The notes below the pieces were generated by a model. It saw nothing but the letters and a program-made list of their open reading frames with translations. It made no database searches and had not been told where the DNA came from. Of a stretch of DNA of 64,000 bases, positions 29,106 to 37,765 are shown in pieces. Both the position numbers and the translations under genes were made by a program. The stretch is from Acidobacteriota bacterium. GTDB taxonomy: Bacteria; Acidobacteriota; UBA890; WLXD01. The DNA lies in contig CBDFKD010000002.1 of NCBI GenBank assembly GCA_965248695.1, forward strand, positions 3,360,001-3,424,000. Reading direction: 5' to 3'. The stretch's first letter is position 1. Every line of letters begins with the position of its first letter.

Positions 29106-32100
29106 TCAGCGCCGGCGGGCGCCTTCCCAGCGACTACCGGCGAGCAGCCCAGGGCGCGCCACATACACCGGTCCAGCGTAGAGTCGCTGTACCGCCGCGG
29201 CGCGCGGCGAGATCGCGTGCTGCTCGAGATGATCCGACGTGGCGGCGTCGATGCCTGCCGCCGGGCGAACGCCGTTGGCCGGCGCCTCGGTGCGGTCGGT
29301 GCGGTCGGTGCGGTCGTCGTCCACCGCGCGAGGGTCGCTCCGGCGCACCTGCGGCGGGGCCATCACCGTGATGTAATCGTAGAGTCGGGGCCGCAACGGC
29401 GACGCCGCCACGATCGGCGCCGGCGCCGTCTCCACCAGCTCTGCTATCGGCGGCAAGGAGGCAGTCACGGTTATCTGGTCGACCACGCGCGGCGGAATCC
29501 CTTTGACCCACTCGGTCACCGTCACGTACTCGTACAACCGCGGTCGCAGCAACGCTACTCGGCCCGCCGACGGGGGTCCGACCGGTACCAGTTCCGAGGC
29601 CTCCGGAGCCGCCGCGACGACCGTCTCCCGCACGCTCAGAGACACCGTGCCGTCGTTGTCCGCCGGCGCAACGGGGTCGGCGATCCGTACGTCGGCGGTG
29701 GCTTTCAGAGGCTTCTCGAGTGGTCCTACCGCGGCAACGGTGAGAGACGGCCAGGGAAGCAGCATCAGCGGCGGCGCGGTGGCCGTAGCAACCGCGTGAA
29801 GGCCAGTGCCCGACGACGGAGCCGGGCGCTCGGGCGGCGACGCCGAAACCGCGAATAACCGACTTGCGATAGAGCTCGGGTTCGTCCGCGGCGCTGTCGA
29901 CGGGTCGACGGCGGCGGCCGTCCTCGATGCGTCGGTCGTAGTGTCGACATGGGCGATCACGCGCTCGGCTCCGGCCGAAATCTCCAGCGACAAGTCCTGA
30001 TCGAAAATGAAGTCATCGATCACCTCTACCGGGCGACTCGGCCATTCAATGTCTGCATCGGGAGCGTTGTCGGGAGATAGCCGCAGGGTGTAGCTACCGA
30101 TCGGAACTCCGTCGATGCGGAACAGTCCGAAACGGTCGGTCGCTGCCCGTGCCACGACGTCTCCTCGACGGTCGACGAGCTCGACCATCAGCCCTGGAAG
30201 CTTGCGACCGCCAACGAGCACCCGGCCGGCAATGCCGAACTCGACGTCGAGGGTGAAATCGGCTCGGGTTATTGCCCCGGCCGCAACCTCGACCATGCGC
30301 TTGCGCTCTCGCGGCGACAGCTCGATCGGCAGGCGATCCGGATCGTATTCGACACGATGCACGCCCTCGTCGAGATTGGTCAACAGGTACTTGCCACCAC
30401 GAGTGGTCCGGGTCGCCGGTCGCCCGTTCACCAGAATGGGAAGCCCGGCGAGTTGCTCGGCATCGACCTTGTAGCCGTCGGCGACGCGAATGCGTCCGGC
30501 AATACCGCCGGTGGAGCCGTAGTTGCCCAGTGACCGTCCCGGAACGACACGACTGCCAGCAAAGGCAAGATCGCCGACCAGAGCAAACGACAGCGTGGCG
30601 CCACTCTCGCGGCCCTCCTCTGCCAACAGAGACTTCGTCTGATAGGTAGCCGCCAGGAGCATTCCGGGCATCACCGCGGCCTGCACACCGAGGGCGACTC
30701 CCAGCTGGCCATTGGTGAGCATCGGGCCGCCGATCAAGGCCGGTTGCCAGCGGCCTTTGCCGACCCACGACAGGCGCAGGGCCTGGCTGTGGCCGGCCCC
30801 TTGAACGATCTGGCCAAGCAGTGAGGCGCGAAGCCGGGCAGCTGGCTGCCATGTGAGGTCCAGCATGGCGTTGGGACCGCTCCGAGTCGCGCCCACGCGC
30901 CACCGCGACCCGGGCGACCACATCAGATCGAGGCGATACTCACCGTGGTAGTCGGGGCGAGCACGCATCGACATGCCGCGCCAGGGTCGGAACGACACTG
31001 CCGGGAGCAGGAACGTCTGATCACCGGTCTGCGACCGTCGATAGCGACCGACGACGCCGACCTCCCAGGTGCCGCTGACGCTCCGCCGTGAGAAATCGAC
31101 GAAATGGTCGGTGAACCGCTCACTGCCGAGCTGAAAGCCCGCCTCACGACCCTGCGAGCTGGCGAGGAAGCGCCACCGCCCAGCGTACGCCTCGATATCG
31201 CCCAGATAGCCGAACCGGCCTCCCGAGCCGGCACCGGCGAACGATGCCACGACGCCGCTGGCGAGCTGGCTGACAGCACCGACGACGAACTGGCGCCGGG
31301 CGCCGTCCTGCTGCATCGCCGTCTCCAGCGTCAGCTTGCTTGATACGCCGAATCTGCCTTGAGCGAAGCCGGCGGTGCCCGACAACTGTTGCGCCGGGTG
31401 AAGCGCATTGCCTTGCTGACCGAACCCACCCTGCATCATGAGCGCGCCGGAAGGCAGCATCTGCTGTGAGGCGCTGCGCGAGTGGTCGTGGATATCAATC
31501 GGCACCGTGGGAATGCCACGGTCGTAAATCAGTACCTCGACGCGATTGGCGCGCGATGTCGACAGTCGTACTTCGCGAAAATCATAGAGACCGTCGAGAC
31601 CCATCGTTTGCGCCGCCACATTCCGGTCGTTGACCCGGAGGACCGCGGTGCCCGCTGGAACGCCGACCCCGCTGATCGGAGCGCATCTGGCGGGGCAACA
31701 GCTCGGTGCCGCTGGCATTGACGCTGAACAGCTCGAACGGCTGATTCGTCCAGGCCCCCTGAAGGCCGGTCATCTCGATGCCGCTGAGCATGGGGTGGAG
31801 GCTGACGCGCTGGTATCCCGCCATCACCAGCTTGTCGTCGAAGCGACGCAACCAGGCGTATTCCGACAACCGCCGGCGCTCGGCAAACGACTCATCGTAG
31901 CGAATGCGCCACTGCCCCCCAGCGGCGCGGCCCGACAAGACCGTGTCCGCCGATGAAACGCCCAAATCCCGTCGCTGCGATCTGCGAGCCCGGATTTGCG
32001 CGGTCGACAGCGCCAGGCTGGGTGCGAAGGTATCGGCTACGGGGTCGGCCCGGCGGGCCGTCGTCTCACCGAAACGCGGCCCGACCCAGGGGATGTCGAG

Positions 32101-32550
32101 TAGCAACGCCAGGCGACTCGAGCTATAGGACACACGCATCGCCAGGCGATCGATCATGGCGCGCTCGCGAAGGTGAGCGACGCCCTCACTGGCCACGATG
32201 TCAGCCGGCTGCAGTATGACGTTGCCCAGCGGCGTCTCGATGGTGATTTGGTCGCCATCCTGGGTCAGCTGACAGCTGCAGACGGCGAGGAAATCGTCCA
32301 GCGGTAGCAAGAACTCGTTGCCGTCGAAGTACACCTCCGAGGCAGACAGCTCACGGTTGTCGACCACCAGGCCGAGGAGCATGCGCTGTGGATCGTCAGG
32401 GCGTGGCCCCTCCGATCCCGACGCCAACGGCGCTAACGTGAGCGCTGCCACCACGACTACGGCAACTCGCCAGGCTCGCCGCTCGCCACGCCCAAGGCGC
32501 ACCTGGCCTGGCTTGGCCGCGTTTGGCCGTTCGCGAGGCGAGATACGCAC
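29106..32550 (-). pseudogene. Fimbrial usher-like outer-membrane protein with carboxypeptidase-regulatory-like domains, split by a frameshift at about 31677
   Basis: ORF 31582-32550 (signal peptide, beta-strands, ...ELLPRQMRS) continues out of frame into ISGVGVPAGTAVLRVND of ORF 29106-31718; GGIAGRI, DPDRLPIEL and TDRFGLFRIDGVPIGSYTL domains. May be an assembly error. Confidence 0.65.
29288..29314. repeat. 9-bp tandem repeat (CGGTGCGGT)x3 in the usher tail
   Basis: Encodes DRTDRTDRT on the minus strand. Confidence 0.7.
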
Positions 32551-32574
32551 CGAGGTCGCTCCTGGGAATCGTGA

Positions 32575-32928
32575 TCAGCGCTGCGAGCCGTCGTCGGGCT
32601 GCTGCTGTTGTTGCTGTTGCTGGTCCGCTGCAACCGCCACGTCGGGGGCGGGAGGAACACTGAACTCGGTGGCGTCGCGAAATCGCTGCCCGTCGAGCTC
32701 ACCCTGGAATGCGAGCATGTAGCGTCCGGTGGGCAACGCATGCGGCTGAGCCAGCAGCAGCTCCCGGCGGGTGCCACCGAGCACCGGCGTGGTCGGCAGG
32801 CTGCCGTATTGAAGCAGGCCGGCGGGAGTTACCTCGGCTCCTGCCGACCACGACGAGCTCCGCGCAACGCTCGCCAGTGCTGCCCGGTCGGAGGTGTCCG
32901 CCTCAGGTAACGCCGGCGCGTTAGCTGT
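32575..32928 (-). pseudogene. N-terminally truncated gene, probably the C-terminal Ig domain of a pilus chaperone, with a poly-Gln tail
   Basis: Open frame without a credible start (GSLPTTPVLGGTRRELLL...LPTGRYML..GEL); lies directly upstream of the usher and 14 nt from the kinase stop. Confidence 0.45.
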
Positions 32929-32942
32929 TTAGCGGGCGGCGT

Positions 32943-33860
32943 TCAGCAGCCGCGCGTGACCGCCAACAGAATCGCGACAACCACCACCCCGCCGACGGCG
33001 AGCAGCACGGTACGGTTGCGCGCCGTGGCCTGAACGCGCGCCGCGGCTCCTTCGCCAATCCGTCCTTGCCGCGCCGGTACGCGCAGCTCGAGATCGTCGA
33101 GCGCAGCGACCAGGGCGCGCGGATCGGTGAAGCGTTCCCGCGGATCCTCGGCCAGGCAACGGAGGATCAGCGGATCGATCTCCGGCGGCACGTCAGCGCG
33201 TACCTGGCTCGGGATACGGAAGCTGCCCACCGGCACCGTGCCGGTGAGCAATTCGTAGCCCACAACCCCGAGGGAATACACCAGTGCGGCGGCGCCCGGA
33301 GCGGCGCTAGGATCGGCCATGCGCTCGGGCGCCAGATAGCGCACCGAGCCGAGCGAATGCACCGTCGCGGTCGAACCGGCATCCATCCCCAGTGGCGCCA
33401 GCGGCATCCCGACGTCGAGGACCTTCACCGCATGCCCCTCGCCGTGGACCAGGATCCGGTCCGGGTCGACACCCTCGCACGGCAGCCCCTTGCCATGCGC
33501 GTGACCCAGCGCCTTCGCGGTTCCACGCAGTACGTCGAGAACGTCGCGGGTGTCGAGGCGACGATGCGCCAGCACCTTGCGAAGCGACGAGCCCTTGACG
33601 AACTCCATTACCGCGTAGACGCGACCATCCACCTCGCCGCTATCCACAACGCGCACAATGTTCTCGTTGTCGATCCCTCGCGTCGCCGAGAGAACTTCGA
33701 GCCGCCGGCTGCGCAGCACGTCGGCCTCACCCCCCGCGTACAGCTTGATGGCCAACCCGAGCCCATCGGCGTCCACGGCCTTGTAGATGCCGCCAGCGCC
33801 GGCTTGGTCCAGGCGCGCCTCGATGCGATAGCCGCCGATCTGCTCGGGTACGTCAGTCAT
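32943..33860 (-). CDS. Hanks-type Ser/Thr protein kinase homolog, predicted pseudokinase, with C-terminal TM anchor
   Basis: GYRI..., LAIK, NIVRV, VMEFVKG, YLAPE, YSLGVVGYELLTG, RCLAEDPRERF. HRDxKxxN is replaced by CEGVDPDR, DFG by DVG, and the subdomain-IX Asp is lost. Confidence 0.88.
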   Translation of the reverse strand: MTDVPEQIGGYRIEARLDQAGAGGIYKAVDADGLGLAIKLYAGGEADVLRSRRLEVLSATRGIDNENIVRVVDSGEVDGRVYAVMEFVKGSSLRKVLAHRRLDTRDVLDVLRGTAKALGHAHGKGLPCEGVDPDRILVHGEGHAVKVLDVGMPLAPLGMDAGSTATVHSLGSVRYLAPERMADPSAAPGAAALVYSLGVVGYELLTGTVPVGSFRIPSQVRADVPPEIDPLILRCLAEDPRERFTDPRALVAALDDLELRVPARQGRIGEGAAARVQATARNRTVLLAVGGVVVVAILLAVTRGC

Positions 33861-35145
33861 CGATCTCGATCACCAGAGTGGCGGCACCGACCTGCAGCTT
33901 GTCGAGGTCGCGCAGCACGCCCGCGTCCACCGGCTCGCCATTGAGCTGCGTCCCGTGTGTGCTGCCAAGGTCCCGGACGTGGAACGCCTCATCTTCCCAT
34001 ACGATGCTCAGGTGCCGCTTGCTGGCTGCCGGGTCGGCTACGACCAGGTCACACCCCTCGTCGCGACCGACAACCATCTCGCTGGAACCGAGCTCGAGCG
34101 TGTCCCCGGAGCCCGCGCCGTCGCACACGACGAGCCTGGCGGACGGACGGGATCCCGCCTCCGGCTTCGAGCCAGCGCGCGGCGAGATCTCGAGAGTACG
34201 GATCGGGAACGGGATGACGATATCTCGGCGGCGGAAGTGCTCCCAGATCTCCGTCCGTAGCGTGCTCTCGATGCGCCGCAATGGACCCATGTCGTCGACC
34301 CAGGCGCGCAGCTCGTAGGTGATCGAGCTCTCGTCGAAGTTGCTGACATAGACCTCGGCAGACGGCCGTGCCAGCACGCCATCAACGGAGCTAGCGGCGG
34401 CCAGCATTGCCGCCTTGACCTTGTGAGGCGGCGTCAGAAAGTGAGCTCCGACGTAGATACGCGACATGTGCAGCGGGTGGGGATACAGGTAGTTGGTAAG
34501 CGTTTCTCGCGCCATATTGGCGTTCGGGAAGATCACCGTGTCGTTCTGGCGTGTACGGATCGAGGTCGTGCGCCAGGTGATCTGGGTAACGCGCCCCTCG
34601 TGCTCGCCGACCTGGATCCAGTCGTTGATGCGGAACGGGCGTTCGAGGGCGATCACTACACCGGCGAAGAAATTCGTCAGGATCGGTTGCAGCGCCAGAC
34701 CGAGCACCAGCGAGGTGACGGCACTGGTGGCCAGCAGCGGGCCGACGTTATCTTCCGGAAACGCCACCGAAACGATAATCACGCCTGACACCACGTAGAT
34801 GAAGAACCTCGTCACCCGTGGCAGCAACGGCGGCACCGAGATGTCCCACTGCCGCCGCAGCAGGACCTCGAAGCCGAAATAGGTGATTCCGCGAATCACC
34901 ATGACGACGACGAAGAGCCAGACCGTCGTCACCAACACGCCACCGCCGCGCCCCATGTCGCCGACCCCGAGGGCATTGGCGGCCGCAACACCGATGGCGA
35001 AAGCAAGCAAGGATATCGGCAACCCCAGCGCCCGCATCAGCGGATGGCGGCGGCGTAGAGCCAGCAGCGCGATGTAGACCACGACCGCGGGCACACCGCC
35101 GGCGAGCAGGGTTGCCGCCAGCGTCCCGCTAAAGGCGGTGGGCAT
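33853..35145 (-). CDS. MscS-family mechanosensitive channel fused to a C-terminal FHA domain
   Basis: LLATSAV..LVLGLALQ..LTNFFAG, RPFRINDWI, GRVTQITWRTT, FPN, IPFP; then an FHA domain with VVGR, ASKRH, DLGSTHGTQLNG, D.LQVG. Confidence 0.92.
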   Translation of the reverse strand: MPTAFSGTLAATLLAGGVPAVVVYIALLALRRRHPLMRALGLPISLLAFAIGVAAANALGVGDMGRGGGVLVTTVWLFVVVMVIRGITYFGFEVLLRRQWDISVPPLLPRVTRFFIYVVSGVIIVSVAFPEDNVGPLLATSAVTSLVLGLALQPILTNFFAGVVIALERPFRINDWIQVGEHEGRVTQITWRTTSIRTRQNDTVIFPNANMARETLTNYLYPHPLHMSRIYVGAHFLTPPHKVKAAMLAAASSVDGVLARPSAEVYVSNFDESSITYELRAWVDDMGPLRRIESTLRTEIWEHFRRRDIVIPFPIRTLEISPRAGSKPEAGSRPSARLVVCDGAGSGDTLELGSSEMVVGRDEGCDLVVADPAASKRHLSIVWEDEAFHVRDLGSTHGTQLNGEPVDAGVLRDLDKLQVGAATLVIEIDD

Positions 35146-35148
35146 GAT

Positions 35149-35187
35149 TAGTGGCCTGTAACAGATGATCGTTGCATATCGCAGATG
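35149..35187. repeat. Family-B dispersed repeat copy
   Basis: tagtggcctgtaacagatgatcgttgcatatcgcagatgg; near-identical to the copies at 45664 and 56429. Confidence 0.75.
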
Positions 35188-35275
35188 GGATTTGCGGGTG
35201 AGATCGAGGCGCGCGGAGGATGTCGATACGAATCGGCGCGATTCTAACAGGGCGCCGGCGAAGAACGCCCGCGAC

Positions 35276-36253
35276 TCAATCGTCCAGCAAGCCGTGCTCG
35301 CGCATCCACGTCTCGTTGAGCTTGGACAGATAGCGCTCGCCGGAATCCGGAAGCAAGGTCACCACCAGCGCGTCATCCGGGGCACTTCGTGCCACCCGGC
35401 GCGCCCCGACAACCGCCGCCCCTCCGGACGATCCAGTGAAGATCGCCTCGGTGCGCGCCAGCTCCAGGACGGCGCGATACGCCTCAGGATCGTCTACCGT
35501 GATGACCTCGTCGATAGTCTCCCACCACACGGTCTCCGGCATGAAGTCCTCGCCGATACCGTCGATCAGGTACTGGTGGATCTGCTCCTGCGGCGGCACC
35601 TGACCGTGCTCTCGGTAGTAGGTGTAGATCGAGCCGACGGTGTCCACTCCGACGACACGGATGTCAGGGTTCTTTTCCTTCAGGTACCTGGCTGCGCCAC
35701 TGATCGTCCCGCCGGTTCCCATTCCCGCGACCCAGTGGGTGATGCGTCCGTCGGTCTGGCGCCAGATCTCCGGACCCGTGCCGAGATAGTGGGCTTGCGG
35801 GTTGGCCTGGTTGTAGTACTGATACGGAAGATAGGCACCCTCCTCATCGCGCAGACGCTCGGCGACCTTGTAGTAGGAGCGCGGATCATCCGCATCGACC
35901 TCGGTCGGGCAGAGGATGACCTCCACCCCGAAAGCATGCAGCAAGGCGACTTTCTCTTTCGGAATCTTGTCGGCAGCGGTGCAGACCATACGATAGCCCT
36001 TGAGAATAGCGGCCATGGCCAAGCCCAATCCGGTGTTTCCGGAGGTGGGCTCCACGATGGTGCCACCGGGCTCGAGCTCGCCGGACTCTTCACCGGCAGC
36101 GATCATTGCCGGTCCGATGCGGTCCTTGACGCTCGATCCGGGATTGAACGACTCGATCTTGGCGACGAGCTCGGCGCCCTCGGGCCAGAAACGCCGCAAC
36201 CGCACCAACGGCGTGTCGCCGAGCGCGTCCAGTATGTCGTCGAGGATGTCCAC
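35276..36253 (-). CDS. Cystathionine beta-synthase / cysteine synthase family PLP enzyme (no CBS regulatory domains)
   Basis: GDTPLVRL, NPGSSVKDR, EPTSGNTG, GMGTGGT, GIG, PDSGERYLSK. Confidence 0.92.
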   Translation of the reverse strand: MDILDDILDALGDTPLVRLRRFWPEGAELVAKIESFNPGSSVKDRIGPAMIAAGEESGELEPGGTIVEPTSGNTGLGLAMAAILKGYRMVCTAADKIPKEKVALLHAFGVEVILCPTEVDADDPRSYYKVAERLRDEEGAYLPYQYYNQANPQAHYLGTGPEIWRQTDGRITHWVAGMGTGGTISGAARYLKEKNPDIRVVGVDTVGSIYTYYREHGQVPPQEQIHQYLIDGIGEDFMPETVWWETIDEVITVDDPEAYRAVLELARTEAIFTGSSGGAAVVGARRVARSAPDDALVVTLLPDSGERYLSKLNETWMREHGLLDD

Positions 36254-36378
36254 CGGCTCGCTACTCCAGGCGCCACTGACTATCGAGGATGCGGGTATAG
36301 TGCCCCCGAGCGCACTCCCGGCCGACGCCAGCCAAGGTCGGAGGCAGAAGTTACCATGACAGCAGAGACCGCATTGTC

Positions 36379-36702
36379 ATGCGCAAGTCACTCGACACCA
36401 TCGACGCATCGGAGCTACTCGAGCGCCTGACGGCCGAGGAAGAGACCGTCATTCTCGACGTTCGCTCGCGTTGGGAGTTCCGCCGCGGGCACTTGCCGGG
36501 CGCCCGCCGCACACCGCTCTGGAGAGCGTTCTTGGCATCGACTGCGGCGTCACTCGACCACGCGCCGGCGATCGTTGCGTACTGCGAGCTCGGACCGCGA
36601 GCCTGGCTGGCAGGCAAGCTCCTGGAACGCCGTGGGCTGCAAGTGCGCCTGTTGCGCGGCCACATGTCGCGCTGGCGGCGGCACCATCTGCCGATGAGAT
36701 GA
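36379..36702 (+). CDS. Single-domain rhodanese-like protein
   Basis: ILDVRS..EF..GHLPGA, YCELGPR active loop, LRGHMSRW. Confidence 0.85.
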   Translation: MRKSLDTIDASELLERLTAEEETVILDVRSRWEFRRGHLPGARRTPLWRAFLASTAASLDHAPAIVAYCELGPRAWLAGKLLERRGLQVRLLRGHMSRWRRHHLPMR

Positions 36703-36718
36703 CACGCGCTGCGACCCG

Positions 36719-36749
36719 CTAGCGGCCGTGGTGGAAGTGTGGTGGGTCT
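36719..36749. repeat. Single end of family-A MITE between convergent genes
   Basis: ctagc-ggccgtggtggaagtgtggtgggtct versus the reverse complement of 7753-7784, ctagcaggccgtggtgaaagtgtggtgggtct (1 gap, 1 mismatch). Confidence 0.75.
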
Positions 36750-37716
36750 AGCCTGCGATCTGGAACGCGACCTCCTGGGTCGCCTCGGTGCCGGCGCTGA
36801 GGTCCTTGACCACGATCTCGAAGCGATAGGTCTTGCCGGCTTCGAGTTGCTGGATTTGACCTAGCGGAATGGGCTGCGCGACCGTGTTTCGACTCATCGG
36901 CTGCGGCGGCATGCGTACCACGCTCTGACCGGTCTCGGCGTCGAGGATGCGGTAATTCGCTTCCAGGTTGTAGGCCTGCGTAGCGGGGTCCATCTGGGCC
37001 CCCATGACGACGTACGTCAGGTCCACCTGTGGAGTCCCGATCTCGTATACGCGCTCGACGCGATCATGGAAGGTCGTGGTCAGCACGCGGACACCGTCGT
37101 ACACGGTGTTGGGGCTGAACATGCCGGGCGCTGGTCCGAACCCGTCGGCAACGATGATACTGGTGAGCGTCAGGCCGCCGGCCATGAAGTTCGGGGCCTC
37201 GAACGCGTCGCGGCGACTGCCGGTGACACCGGAGACGCTGTCGCGCACGCCCCATACGAGCTCGTACGATCCCGCCGGCAGGCTGTCGCCGAAGCTGTAC
37301 GTGCCGCTGTGGGTCGCCTCGTTCCGGGCCATCTTGAAGTTGGTGCCGATGCGCCTGATCTCGACCCCGTCTTGCAGGATGGCGCCAAAGAGCTCCATCT
37401 CGGCAACCTCGGGCGCCGCTACTCCGGGCTCGGCGCTGGCATCGACTCCGAACATCACGCCGGTGGTGCCGACGCGGAAGCCCATCATGCACAGCGTGCC
37501 GCCCTGCATCGAGGGATAGAAGAAACCGCGCAGCAATAGCTCTACGTCGCCCTGGTCGGTGCCCGCAAGCGCCGAGTCCAGGGCTGCGGTGGCCTCGGGC
37601 GAGAGAACAGCCTGGCTCACCGGCGGTGCTTGCGACGCAGCTGCCTGCGGCGACGCCACTAGCAGCGCAGCGACGAGACTGAGCGCATGAATCAGGCGGC
37701 GCTTGATCATAGGCAT
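36748..37716 (-). CDS. Secreted hypothetical protein resembling the C-terminal module of GWxTD/VWA proteins
   Basis: AAAGGAG RBS, signal peptide, beta-sandwich pattern (LPAGSYELVWGVRD; YRFEIVVKDLSAG). Confidence 0.8.
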   Translation of the reverse strand: MPMIKRRLIHALSLVAALLVASPQAAASQAPPVSQAVLSPEATAALDSALAGTDQGDVELLLRGFFYPSMQGGTLCMMGFRVGTTGVMFGVDASAEPGVAAPEVAEMELFGAILQDGVEIRRIGTNFKMARNEATHSGTYSFGDSLPAGSYELVWGVRDSVSGVTGSRRDAFEAPNFMAGGLTLTSIIVADGFGPAPGMFSPNTVYDGVRVLTTTFHDRVERVYEIGTPQVDLTYVVMGAQMDPATQAYNLEANYRILDAETGQSVVRMPPQPMSRNTVAQPIPLGQIQQLEAGKTYRFEIVVKDLSAGTEATQEVAFQIAG

Positions 37717-37765
37717 CGGACTCCTTTGTTGACGCGGTGCAGGAAAGCTCCGGGGAAACGCTCGG

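Noticed and set aside
31660-31700. Programmed frameshift in the usher-like gene
   Set aside because: No homopolymer run or X-XXY-YYZ slippery site at the junction; a deletion or assembly error is more likely.
32599-32622. Poly-Gln CAG/CAA tract as a phase-variation locus
   Set aside because: In-frame mixed triplets in a truncated gene tail; length change would not shift the frame.
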